Source: Monocercomonoides exilis PA203 (Eukaryota > Protista > Preaxostyla). From it: a stretch of DNA of 64,000 bases. The notes under the pieces are model-generated. The model did no database searches and was not told where the DNA came from. It was given only the letters and a program-made list of their open reading frames with translations. A program made the position numbers and the translations under genes. Position 1 is the stretch's first letter, and every line of letters starts with the position of its first letter. The DNA lies in NCBI GenBank assembly GCA_001643675.2, contig LSRY02000058.1:372001-436000 (forward strand), read 5' to 3'. Below, piece by piece: positions 23,844-36,951 of the stretch.

Positions 23844-26800
23844 ATGAGGCCTAAGGAAGATTCTGATTATACCGATGCAGATCAAGAGGATTCTGAAAGT
23901 AGTTATAGTATTGACGAAAGTGAAAGTTCAACAAAATACAAAAAGCGCCATCGAGATGAAGAAAGTGATGATATTTCTGAATCATCTGATGAAGACAGTT
24001 CCGGGAGAAAGCGAAGTAAAATCAAGCCAAAACCTATAAATTTCGGTACGCGTGTATTGTGGAAAATAACCTTGAGATTCTCTTTTTTAAAACTTTTTTA
24101 ACTTTCTTCATAGGTAACGTTAAAATAACTTTTTCAATTGAGCCAACAGGACCAGGTATTATTTTTTGAAAAGCAAATTTTATTAACTCTCTTTTATTTT
24201 TAAGATGGAATCGAACAAAGTTGGGTTCATTTCAATTGGGTTGTTCCAACACTCATACGAATTCGAAATCCTCAATTCCAGCGAGAATTGAGAGGCCAAC
24301 AGAAAAAACGTATTTTGAATATTTTGCTTTTAATAATTTGCATGTTTTTTATCTTGAACTCATAGGGAATCAATTACAGAGGCAGCCTACCACAAAAGTT
24401 TGGTCTGGCTCTATTCCATTGGATGGGTTTAGGGATGTCAAATATCGTTTTTCAATAAAGGATACAGCGGGAGGAAATCAACAAGGTTTGAAAGAGATTA
24501 TACTTCCTCAGCTATCAACAGATTAACCACATTTGTGGAATTGGTCATTTCTTTCAAAAAAGAAATTTATTTCATTCTGTGAAAAAGAAATTCTATCTGT
24601 TGAATTTTCATTGCAAAAATTGAGAAAAAAATTAAAAATAATTATTTTAAATTGTTATTTCATATAAATTATCTTTTTATGCTTCATTTTTAAATCCTTT
24701 TATTTTCTTCTTCTTCTTTTTATCGCAAATTTCTATGTCTGCCTTGTTAAGTCTGCTCGATTGATCAGGCTATCAACACAAATATTGTGTATCATGATGA
24801 CTCTTACACAGTCGAATGCATTTGCTGCCTGGAACACGAAGGAGGTTTGCTTTGCTTCATCTGAATATTCTTTCTTTTCCAGTTTTTATTTTGCAAAAAT
24901 TTCCGAATATTTTTTATTTTCTGAAATATAAAATTTGCTGCATTTATTGATTCGATGAATTTATTTCTTTATCTTCCTTTTCATCTCTTTTTCTCTTCCT
25001 CTTCCTCTTATTTCTATTTAAAAAAACATTTCATTTTATTTTATTGCTTCTTCTTCTCATTTCTTTCAGATTTTACTGCTTCACAAAAGAATGTCTGCAT
25101 AGCTGCCACAAAGGGATTTATCGAAGTTCCAGATTGCGAAGGGATCCATGTTTCAATCTCCTTATATAAGCCATTTAATCCTCAGGCCCATAACAGCATT
25201 GGCAGCGGTGCAAGTTCAAATCAGCTTCGTTCTCCCACTTTGGGTGGTCGTATTTCCTCTTCTGCTTCTTCTTCTTCTTCTTCCTCTTCTTCAATTTCTT
25301 CTATTTCTTCTTCTTCGTTTCAGTCTAAAAGTTATCTTTCTTCTTCTTCCTCTTCTTCTTCTTCTTCATTTTCTTTTGCCTCTCCATCGCAGTTATCATT
25401 GTCATCCCCTTCTCCTTCTCCATCTCCATCTGCTTTGCTCCCTTTTTCTGCTTATTCCTCTCATTCTTCTTTGAATCCTTCTCCTCTTCCTTCTTCTTCC
25501 TCCTCCTCTTCTTCCTCTTCTCCTTCCCCTTCTCCCTCTCCATCATCTTCTTCTTCAATTTCTTTTTCTTCTCTTTCATCATCTTCCTCTTCTTCTTCCT
25601 CCTCTCCTTCTTCTTTTTCTCTTTCTTCCTCTTCCTCTTCTTCTCTTTTCTCTTCTTTTCCTCCAACTCGTTTGTATCCCATTCAATCAGGTGTTATCGA
25701 TTCAGATGAATTTTACATTCCAAAAGAAAATTCTTTGTCTGTTTTGAAAAGAAGCCAAACTTTTATTGAAGAAAAAGAGGAAAAAGAGGAAAAAGAAGAA
25801 GAAAGGGAAAAAGAAGGAAAAGAAGGAAAAGAAGAGAAAGAGAAGAAAAATCGAAAAATCGAAAAAATTGGAAATTTTATGGTTTGTGAGAAAATTGTGG
25901 AAAAAGTAGTGAAAAAAGAAATGGAAGGAATGAAAAGTATTATGGATGTTATAAATGATAGAGAAGGAGAAAATAGAGAAGAAAGAGAAAAAGAAAGAGA
26001 AAAAGAAAAAGAAAAAGAAAAAGAAAAAGAGAAGGAGAAGGAGAAGGAGAAGGAAGAAATAAAAATAGAGATAGAAAGAAGAAACGATGGAATAATGGAA
26101 ACATCTGGAGTGAAGCACGAAGTCAACAAGGAAATAAGAATTAAACAAGAAAATGGGATAAAAACAGAAGAAGAAGAAGAAAATGGATTGAAAAAGGAAG
26201 AAATTGAAATGAAAACTGAAGAAGGATTGAGAAAATTGAATGAAATGTTTGAAAATTCAATTGGAAAACAAGAAAAAAGAGGAGAAGGAGAAGGAGAAGG
26301 AGAAAGAGAAGAAGAAAATGCGATTTTGAACAAAATTAATGTTGAATTGAAGAACGATTATTATTTTTATGAAGAAAGAAGAAAGTTTTGTGAAGAAGAA
26401 GAAGAAGAAGGAAAGAAAAAAATAGAAATGAAAAGAAATGAATTTGAAGAGGAAGAAAGAGAAGAAAATGAAGAAGAAGAAGAAGAAGAAGAGGAAGAGG
26501 AAGAGGAAGAGGAAGAGGAAGAAAGAGGAATATTGGAAATGATCGAAATAGAACAAGAAGATGAAGACAATGACGAAGAAGATGAAGAAGATGAACAAGA
26601 AACAATGAAAATGGATAATGAAGGAGAAAGAGAAGGAGAGAGAGAAAGAAGAGAAGGAGAAAGAAGACAAGGAGAAAGAAGAGAAGGAGAAGGAGAAGGA
26701 GAAAGAGGAGAAGAAAAACATTTGAAGAAGAAAGAAAGAATTGTCTATGTGACTGATGTTGTTGAAGAAATAAAACATCGAAAATCTTTCGAAAATGTCG

Positions 26801-27846
26801 AATTTTGCCGGCAGCTGATAGAAAAATTTGGGTGCAACGAACAATTTTTGAATAATTCTTCAACAAAAAGAGAAAGAGAAAGGAAGAGAAAGATGACAAA
26901 AGAAGAAGGATATGAAGAAGAAGAAAGAGAAGGAGAGGGAGAAGAAGAAGAAAAAGTAGAAGAAATGTTACAAAAAGCGATTGTGAAGGCAGCAGTTGAC
27001 AGTGTTATTGGGAAATGCTATCCGAACATTAGAGAGATGGAAGAAGAAATAGAGAAAGAGGAGAGAGAAAGAGGAGAGAGAGAGGAGAGAGAGAAAGAAG
27101 AAGAAGAAGAAGAAGAGAAGGGAAAGAAGAAAGGGAAAGGGAAAGGAAAAGAGAAGGGGAAAGAGAAGGGAAAAGGAAAGAAGAAAGAAGATAAAAAAAT
27201 GAATGAAGAAAAGAAAGAGGAGGAGGAGGAGGAAGAAGAATACGAAAAGGAAGAAGATGAAGAAAACAATGCAATTGATGATGAGAAAGAGAAAGAAGAA
27301 GATCAATCAGAAGAAGAGCCAGAAGAAGAGGAAGATGAGGAAGAAGAAGAGGAGGAAGAGGAAGAAGAAGATAATGAAGCAACATTCAATGATATTTCTC
27401 CTTCTCCTCTTTGTTTTTCTTCTCCTTCTTCTTCACCTTCTTCTTCTTCTCCTTCTGATTCGTCTTTCTTTGATTCTTCTTTCTCTTCCCCTTCTGAAAG
27501 CCCACAAAACAATTCATTGGAATTGAATGATGCACATTCAATTGAAAAGAGTGAAGGAAATGAAAAACTTTCTTTTTCATCATCATCTTCTTCTTCTTCT
27601 TTACCCTCTCCATCTTCTTATTCTCCTTCTTCCAATTCTCCTCCTCCTCCTTCTTCTTCTTCTTCTTCCTTCTCTTCTATTTCTCCTTCTTCATCTCTTT
27701 CCTCATTAGATTCTGCTGTTTTGTTGAATGAGAAAATTTCAGCTTTCCGAAAATCGCAACATTTGCTTCGTCTTTCGCTGCTTTTAGACGATGAAAAGAA
27801 ACACAGCAAACTGCTTGGCTTGGAACATTCTTCTATTTCTTCTTCT

Positions 27847-27878
<32 letters not shown>

Positions 27879-30800
27879 TCCTTCTCCTTCTCCTTCTCCT
27901 TCTCCTTCTCCTTCTCCTTCTCCTTCTCTTTCATCATCATCATCTTCTTCTTCTTCTTCACATTCTTCTTCTTCCTCAGATAATGATTCGTATCAATCAA
28001 CAACAACATCTTCTTCTCAAATATCAGCTCATTTCACTTCATCAAACTCATCTCCATCTCTTTCTCCTTCTGCTGCTTTGCTGTCTGAACTGTCATCCTC
28101 ATCATTTCAATCTTCTTCTTCTTCCTCTTCTCCTTCTCCTTCTTCCTCTTCTTCTTCCTCTTCTCCATCATCTTCTTCTTCTTCCATTCTTCTCTCTCAT
28201 CTGACTCGCAATCCAGATGGCTTTCTTGCTCTGATGAGAGACATTCGAGTGGCAAAGAGCAAAGCAAACATTCTTTCTCATTCACTTCTTCTCAATGAAG
28301 TGAATCATCTGCCAAGCAATTACAACTTTCCAACTTTTGATTTGTTATCATCATCATCATCTTCTTCTTCTTCTTCTTCCTCCTCCTCCTCCTCTTCTTC
28401 TTCTTCTTCTCTTCCTCATCTTCCTCCCGATCTCACCCAATCCTTGTCTTTCATTCAGAATATTCGTCTCTCTTCAATCGGAAGCGATGTGATGGCCAGT
28501 TTGGATGTTTCTAGCTATTCACCTGTCTATCTGAAAGGATTGAGACAAAATGTGTTTGCAAACAAGAAGTTGAAAAATAAAAAAATTGAAGAAGAAGAAG
28601 AAGAAGAAGAAGATAATGATGATGATGAAGAAAAGGAAAGAGGAGAAGATGGAGAAGAAGAAGAAGGAAATGATATTGCAAAACCAAAGATTGGATTTCA
28701 AAATGAAACAGATTTTCTTCAAAAGCAGAAGTGGAAGAGCGAACAAATCAGAACAATGAATAAAATAGCATACAACTTCGATAGCACCCAAATAAATCAA
28801 AAACCGCCTAATGAATCTGTTCGTATTCATTCTTCTTCACAATCTAAATCTCCTTCTCCTTCCTCTTCCCCATCTTCCTCTCCATCTTCTTCAGATAATC
28901 CAATCAATCCAAGCAAACAATCTTCCCTTCCACATCCAAATGACAATTATCTGAATGTCCTCTTGCGAATCTGTGCGTGGCATCAGTTCCGCGACGAAGA
29001 GAAACGAGAAAACGAGCGAAAAGCGAAAGAAGAAGAAGTGCAAAGGCAGAAGAAGCTGCTGGAAGAGCAGGCAGCGCAGGAGGAGAAGGAGAAAGCAGCG
29101 GAAGAGGAAGTGAGAAGACTGCTTTTGGAGGAGCAGAGGATGAAAGAAGGAGAATATGGAGACGAATACAAGGATGGGCAGCGGTTTTTGCCTCGTCTAA
29201 GGCTGAGGAGCTTTGCGGAGAGAAGAAACAGAGAGAGAGGGAGAGAAAGCGGAGAGAGATATTATGAGAGAGAAGGGAATGAGGAAGAAGGGAATGGAGG
29301 AGGAGGAGGAGGAGGAGGAGGAAGTGGTGGTGGTGGAGGAGATGAAGAGGAAAGAGGAAGAAGAGAGAGAGAAAGAGAGAAAGAGAGAGAGAATGAAAGA
29401 GACAGAAACAGAGATAGAGAGAGGGGGGGGGATAAAGAAGACTATGAAGATGATGCAGATAAAGACGAAGACTATCGATATGAAAGCAGCAAAGATGAAG
29501 ACGATTATTCAGATGACATTAGCGATGATGAAGAAGATGACTCGGACGATTCAAGCGATGCTGACTGGGGGAAGAAGAGATCAAAAGGAAGGAGAAGAAG
29601 GAGGAAGACGAAGAAAGGGAAAGGTTACCAGCCATATGCTTCATACACATCATCTTCTTCTTCTTATCATTCTTCTGCGTCTTCTGCTTCTTTTCCTTCT
29701 TCTTCCTCTTCTTCTTCCTCTTCCTCTTTCATTTCCCCTCCTGCCAATTATTACGGACGCAGCAGAATGTTCAGCGATTTCCGTGCTCCTTTCCCTGCTC
29801 CTTCATCTTATCTTTCTTCTTCTTCTTCTGCCTCTGTCTCTTTCCTCAACCGATTAGGCCCACAGAACCTGTTTGGCATCGGAGCAGGCATCGGAATGGG
29901 AAGTGGCATAGCAGACTACTCAAAACATTACCCACATTTCTTCTCTCTCCCTTCTTCTTCTTCTTCTTCTTCTTCTTCTTCTTCTTCTTCTTCTTCTTCT
30001 CTGCCTTCTTCTGCCATTCAATCAGCTGCTCCTCAATTCGCACAGATGCCTTCAAACCTCATGATTTCTCCTTCTCCTCCACCTTCTTCCTCTTCCTCTT
30101 CCTCTTCCTCTTCTTCTCCATCTCCATCTCCTCCTCCTCTTTCTTCTTCTTCTTCTTCTTCTTCTTCCATCTCATTCCAACCAGCATTTCGTATGCAGAA
30201 CCAGCCAGGGAATAGCTTTGCCTCTTCTCGTTCGTATTCCTCTGCCAATTCTGTTCAGCCTATGCAAAACATACAAAACATTCAGAATATTCAAAATATG
30301 CAAAATATGCAAGATATTCAAAGAATGCCACAAATGCAGTCAATCCAACCTCTTCCTCCATCGCAGCGTCAGATATCCACACCCACATTCAATCCTCTTC
30401 AAACAGTCGGAAGACTCAGCTCGTTTTCTTCGCTTTCAGCTGCTATGCCTTCTCCACAGGCATCTCAACAACAACAGAGTCAACAACAGCAGCAGCAGTT
30501 TCAATTTCAACTTCAGAATCAACAGCAGATGTCGAATGCGAATCAAATGCAGCTCCAATTCCAGATGCAGAAGAGACAAGAGCAGTTCTCACAGATCTTG
30601 CAACAACAACAACAACAACAACAACAACAGAATTATCAGCAGATGCCCTCTCAAATACCAGAAATCGCTCATTCACCCTCTGCTCGGCTTATTCCGCCTC
30701 AGAGGCAGTTTAACCCTCAATTCCAACCTCAACCTCAACTTCAACCTCAATCTCAGTCTCAATCTCTTCCTCAGACACAGCTGATGCCCCAGCAGCATCC

Positions 30801-30936
30801 GTTCTATCAGCCTCAGATGCAGCAGACTCAGACCATTCAGCAGATGAATGCACAACCTTTTTCAACAATGCAAAATCCGTCGGATGCTTATAAACCAGTG
30901 ACTTTTGCTCCGATTAGGTTTGAAAGAGAAACTTAG
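23844..30936 (+). CDS. Giant multi-exon low-complexity protein (acidic N-terminus, small beta-rich domain, alternating poly-Ser and Glu/Lys tracts, Gln-rich C-terminus)
   Basis: 5' exons near 23844-24045, 24114-24155, 24205-24310, 24367-24485 and ~24770-24845; terminal exon from ~25070 inside ORF 24955-30936. The VWSGSIPLDGFRDVKYRFSIKD segment is weakly CBM20/Ig-like. Confidence 0.7.
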
Positions 30937-31252
30937 TGATTGGCGTATGGTTGTATTTTATGCTTCGGAATTTATCTGCGATGCGTCGCTTAAAAAAACG
31001 TTTATTATCTTCAATTTCATTTCACGTAGACATTTCACATGTCGTTCTGAATATTTCAATTAATGTTTTTTTTGCGTATTATAATTGAAAAATTACAACA
31101 GGAACAATTCATTTTATGAAATGATTCAATAAAAAGATGAAAATAATTTTTGAACAAAGGAAAGATTATTATGTTTGAAAAGAAATGAACAATTTTTCCC
31201 ATCATTATTTCATGATTCGGAGAATAAAATGCTTTTAGATCAAATAACTTAG

Positions 31253-31915
31253 ATGGGTATATTTATTGCAAAGCTTTTCAGTCACTTTCGCCATTCAAAT
31301 CCAGCACGAGTTGTCATGGTTGGATTGGATGCAGCAGGAAAGACAACAGTTTGAACATTATTTTGAAAATTTGCATGATTCTATTTCTTTTTCAGATTTT
31401 GTATCGAGCGAAATTAAACGAAACTGTCTTGTCAAATGCCACATTAGGATTCAATGTGGAAAAGTTAGAAATTGAGGGATTAAACTTGACATTGTGGGAT
31501 GTTGGAGGACAAAGGAAATTAAGAGACCTTTGGGTATTTTTTATTTAATTTCATACAAAAACTGTTTCACAATCTTATTTAGCAATACTATTATGAAGGT
31601 GCAAATGCATTAATATATGTTGTTGATTGCGCAGATAGAAATCGAATTAGTTGTAAATCTCCGGAAAGATGCATTGAATGTGCAAGATGTGAACTGGCAA
31701 ACGCTCTTGCATCTGACTTTCTTAGCACAGTTCCAGTTCTGATTTTTGCAAATAAGCAAGATATTCCTGGTTCCGCAAAGCCCGATGAGATTGCTCAATT
31801 GCTTGGGGTGGCTGATTTTCCTTCATCAAGAAAATGGCACATTCAAGGATGCTGTGCAGTAACTGGCCAAGGAATTTTAGATGGCTTTCGCTGGCTTGCT
31901 GCTAATATATCTTAA
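31253..31915 (+). CDS. Arf/Arl family small GTPase with a Cys-rich insertion (introns 31349-31395 and 31534-31582)
   Basis: MG N-terminus (myristoylation site), GLDAAGKTT, TLGFNVE, WDVGGQ, FANKQD, GCCA, and C-terminal GFRWL; both introns are GT-AG and restore the frame. Confidence 0.95.
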
Positions 31916-32685
31916 GATTTTTGTTGTCTTTTCTGTTGAGTTGATATCAAATAAATTGGTTTTTTTTTTCTTTATTTTTTGTGATATCAGGTACAAAGTC
32001 TTTTGTAACTGAGTTGTTTGGGGACATTTTAATTTTATTTTCTTTTTTTGTTTTGATAACTTTACATTGCGTAATGATTTGTGTCTTTTTGAAATTAGAA
32101 TATTAATGTTTTTTGTTAAATTTTACGTTATCTTTTTCAATCTTCTGTTATGTTTTATTATCCAAATTGATGATTTACACTTTTGTTTGATGTTTGTTTT
32201 TAGATTTTTCTGGCTTGTGAAAACAATTATTTCACAATTTTTTATGAGGGATAACAAAAAATTTTTGAAATACATTCATATTAGAATTTTTTGTAATTGG
32301 TAAATTACAAAATTGAATAACTGATTCAATTTGAAAGTTAAAATTGTTTAAAGTTTAGCTCAAATCGCTTTTTCAATGATTTTACATGAATAAATTTTGC
32401 AGAATTATTTTCTGGATATGCATTAATCGTGTAATACTTTTGATTTTTTAATTTTGAAAAAAACATTTTCGATTGAAGTTAGGAAGTTTCAATTCTTAAT
32501 AACTCTTCAAATAATAACTCCTGTAAAAAATTACACAAAAATGATAAAGTTTTTATTATTAACATTTATTCTCAAAGAAAAAAAATATCACACGAACAAA
32601 CAAACAATCAAATCACTTTAAAATAAAGATAAAAAGCTTGATGATGACTTATTTTTTGAAAGAAAATTTTTTGTAAAGTAATTTG

Positions 32686-33364
32686 CTAATCTTTCATTCC
32701 AATCATAAGTGAATGATTAAAGTGAAATTCACTAAGAAATGAGATGTCTTCAAAAACAAGTTTCGCATCTGTTGGTGAAGAAACAAAATATTCTCCAAGG
32801 ACGGACAAGAGAGCGCCAGAAGTCACAGCAGCAAGAAGAGAAACCTGCTCAGGACAAGAAATGATATGAGATGATCGAGGAAACATGTATTGAATAATTT
32901 CAGGCTTGTCGCACATTGTGTTGAAATATTCCCTGTCAACTGCAAAAGGGTTCTAATTTTCATTATAAAAAGAATTTTATCAATATTTTAGAAGAAACTT
33001 GAAAGAATGTTACCTCTATTTTTATGTGAAAAGGTTTTGAACATGATGCAACTAAATCTTCTAAAATATCCCGTAATCTTACTGGCCTTTTTTTCCAATT
33101 TTTCACTGTATCCAAAGAAATTTCAGTTTGTTCTTCGGCTGCCTTTCCTGTTTCTGCAGAAGCGTCACGTAGTGAATAAACAATAGGAACTCCTTTTTTA
33201 TAATACAGAGTTATCAAAAAGGCTTCTCTTATTTCTTCTTTTGTTGAAGGAGAGTTGAAAATAATAGTTACAACAAGTTCTTCTCTTCCACGAAGATAAA
33301 ATTGAAAATGACGAAAGCCTACAATACTTCCAAAACGTAATATATCTTTATGAAAATTGTCCAT
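32686..33364 (-). CDS. Hypothetical protein (2 exons)
   Basis: MDNFHKDILRFG...IEVTFFQ, a short intron (~32955-32998), then NPFAVDREYFNTMCDKPE...; protein-like composition with no recognised motif. Confidence 0.55.
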
Positions 33365-33560
33365 TATGTATGCCGCTCTGTTTAACAAAAAGAAATCTTC
33401 AATAAAAAAAATGATCAATAAAAGAACAATGAAATATTTTTTCAATTATTATGAATGCATTTTTTTCAAATTTTTTGGAAATAAATAGAAGGATAAAGAA
33501 AATTCTTCATTTCTTTTGAAAAATAAAAATTCAAACCATAATAAAAAGGACTCAATTAAT

Positions 33561-35810
33561 ATGCCATGTTCTTGCAAAGGTGGATGCTCTAACGGGAGAT
33601 GCTCTTGTGTTAAAAATAACAAAAAATGTTCAATTAGTTGTAAGTGCAAAAATTGTCAAAATAAAGGCATGTTGATTTAACTTCAAAATTTGAATGATAA
33701 AAATGGAATTTTCCTTTGAAAATTTTTATGCTTTTAAATTAAACATAAAATTTAACAAAACAAATGAACTTTGGATTTTAAGAGATGAAGAAGTCTGAAA
33801 AGCCAAAAGAGCCTGCTTACAAAAATGATGATATTCAAAAATTGGAGAAACCGAACAAGATTAATTTTTTCAGAAGATTACTTTCGAGAAAAAGCCCTCT
33901 TCAAACACTTCCATCTGCTCTTGTTCCTGGAGACTCATTTTCACCAGACAAAAGCCAGAAATCTGAAGAGATTGTTGAACAACTTCCATATTCTGCAACA
34001 TTGGCTCCTTATCTTCCTCCTCCTCTTCCTCCACCAAAATCACTTCCACCTTCTATTGACATATCCGAGATTCGGAGGCAGCAACTTCGACGCCTTTCTT
34101 ATCGTCTTCGCTCGCAAACCAATGAAATTTCTCCAATTAAAAAATTTGAAATGTCTTCTATCAAAAATGAACAAGCTTCAGAAGAACAGCATTTCGATGA
34201 CTTTCACACAGTCAATGAAAGTGAGAGTTCTGCATCGAAACAATCAACTTCGAAGGAATCGAAAATGACAATTTTATTGGACAATAGTTCCGAAGATATC
34301 AATGATCAAAATATGAGTGTATCTTCATTGAATGCAAACGATCAGGGAAGAAAATGCTTCACAAACAAAAAAATAGATGAAGAACCAGATGAAAAAATGG
34401 GCTCAATCGATGATATATCTGAGAATGTTTACCAAAAAGAAATTGTTGCTGAAGATGAAGAAAAAGAAGAAAAATATGATGCAACTGATTTTAATGAAAC
34501 AGATGAGACCAAAATGATGGAAGACAGTGACGATGGAAAATCATCGAATTCAATTGACGAACGGAGTTGCGATCAACTTTCTGAAACAAATTTCCAAGAG
34601 AGAATGGAAACTGACGAATCAACAGAACTTAAATCGAATGAGCCTATGGAACATATTTCCTTTTCTTTAGCAACACCTTCGGCATCTTCTTCTTCTTCTT
34701 CTTCTTTTGTCCACCCTGATTCTTTTTCAATTCATCCACTTCATCAAATTCATTCACAGTCAATTTTTCATTCTTCTCCTTCTTCTGCCATTTTTTCCAC
34801 ACCCATTTCAATTTCAAATCCAAATCCTCGTGTTTTGATAACATCACCTTTAATTTCATCCCCTTCTCTTAATTCTGCAGCCGCTTTTAATCTTGTAAGC
34901 CCAGCTCTTCTTTCTGCCATTTCACCGCATTCTTCATTTGCATATTCGCCTCACCCATCTGCGTCATCCAATTCATCACAATCGCCAATTCTTTCTTCTC
35001 ATTCATCTCAATCTCATTCACTTTCTTCTTCTCACATATCACCTGCTCGCTCATCACTTTCACCGCAACCATCTCAACCTCCGTCGCAACTCCCTTCCCC
35101 TTTTTCTCAACTATCTTCGCTCTTTTCAGATCTTTCCCCATCTTCAATGAATATCAGCCCTTCCACTTCATTTCCTCGTCCACTACTTCTGCCAGAACTC
35201 ACACAAAAGGAAAGAAAGGCGCAACTTCAATGCGATTGTGTGTCCTATTTTGTTCAATCTTTCATTATTGCTCACAAAAATGTTATTTCACTTTGATATG
35301 CTTCTATTTTATTTGATTTTTAAAATTTTTTTGAATGCCATTGCAAGTGTTTAAATTACTGTTTGATTTGCGTCAGATGCAAGTAAATGCAATCAACACA
35401 ATGCGATTCGACTACATAAATATTGTATCTTCTCTTCCAATGGAAACCAGAAAGATGAAGGTGTGAGTTGTTTCTCATATTTTTATAAAAATGAAATCTG
35501 TCAATGATGTTTCGAATGCTGATGAGTGTTAATGTTTTTCTTGCATTCATTTTTTTATATTTTTTTTTTTAGTTTTATTAAAACAACCTCATTTTCAAAT
35601 TCATATTTTTAACATTACGATTCATTCTTTGTATGATTTTTTTAGTTATCTCAATACCGTAAACTGCATTCAAATAGCAAAGAAGAGTTGGACTTAATTG
35701 ACAGCGATTTTGAACAAGAATCAAGTCAATCCCTAAAGAAAAACGTTGAAAGTTTAAAAAGGATGATAAAAAAGTCATCTCGAAAAAAACGAAGAATGAG
35801 CCGCAAATAA
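33561..35810 (+). CDS. Protein with an N-terminal CXC (Tesmin/TSO1/KIF4-like) Cys-rich domain followed by acidic and Ser/Pro-rich regions
   Basis: Exon 1 MPCSCKGGCSNGRCSCVKNNKKCSISCKCKNCQNK joins ORF 33785-35296 via a GC-AG intron (33667-33782); probable further exons at ~35376-35460 and ~35646-35810 (ends KKRRMSRK*). Confidence 0.75.
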
Positions 35811-36136
35811 AATTGTTTTACGTGAACATTCTTTAATTTGTTTAATAAACTTCATTTCTATTTATTTGTTGTATTAGTTTTTGTTTTCAACAAAGAAAGA
35901 TGCAAAATATGATGTTTGAATAATTTAGATCTCTTTCGAGTTTCGTTTGTTATTTGCTTTCTATCGATAAAAAATAATGACTTTTCTTTTTTCTTGATTA
36001 TTTGAATTTGAAAATTGAATTTTGATGAAATGATGAATTTCTTTTTTCAAATATGGAATAATTTTTGCATTTAACAATTTAAAGAAAATTTTGCAAAAAA
36101 ATAAATGCACAATAATTCCAATTATTAAAAGATTCT

Positions 36137-36951
36137 TCATTCAGATGAAGTGGAAGATGATGAGGAATCACTTTCAGATGATTCAGCCTTTTTTATAAGT
36201 TCTCCAATGAAACTCACATTGTGCGTCAGATCTTCCATTGTATCGCTTTGCAATTCGTAAACGATCGACTCGTCATATGACTCGTCTGCACCTTCTTTGC
36301 AAACATTGAAAATTTCCGCATCAACATTTGTTGTGACCTTTTCTTTTTTATATCCACTTTTTGTGTAAATAAAAACAACATAAGCATAAAAGAGAAAATC
36401 ATCATCACAAAAAATAATTAACAAAAATTTAATTCAATGCAAACCGCGCAGTTAACCTATCGAAAATTGATTCAGTTTTCGCTCTCAGAACAATTATAAG
36501 TTGAAACCATCGTTCAGGAAATGGAGTCGGATCGTGATGTTCGACAATGCATCCTCCTTTGTTCATGTCAGGTTCCATTTCATCCATAACCTTATTTTCA
36601 GCAAAGTTGAAATGAAGAAGATTATTAAAGCAAAAAAAGTAAAAAAAGATAATTATCAAAAGCAATTTTAAAATATTGGAAATATACAAGGTTTTCATCA
36701 TCTTCCGTCAAATCAAACGCTTGTATATCCTCATTCCAGGAATTTTTTATGGAATCAATCGTTTTAGCGATTCCTCCAAAATGCAAGTACTTAAATCCAT
36801 ACAATTTGGATATTTCTTTGCATAAAGTTGTCTTTCCTGTACCAGGAGTACCTGTAATTAGGATATTAATTCTTTTTGATTGAACATTTCTTTTTTCTCC
36901 GTCATCTTCCTTCTTTCTGTCTTCTTTTTTCTTGTCTTTATTTTCACTCAT
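36137..36951 (-). CDS. AK6: Adenylate kinase isoenzyme 6 / Fap7 / hCINAP (3 exons)
   Basis: NILITGTPGTGKTT P-loop, GGCIVEHH...FPERWF..IIVLR...DRLTAR|GY..EKV..NVDAEIF...ESY...ELQSDT, all characteristic of AK6/Fap7. Confidence 0.93.

Noticed and set aside
24955-25069. Hydrophobic N-terminus of the 1993-aa ORF as a signal peptide
   Set aside because: It is a T-rich intron ending in TTTCAG|A; similar intron read-through explains the Phe-rich starts of other track ORFs, such as 19555-21051.
25148-30855. Antisense and alternate-frame Phe/Leu/Lys-rich ORFs (also at 41.2-46.8 kb)
   Set aside because: They are by-products of stop-poor GAA/TCT microsatellites, not independent genes.
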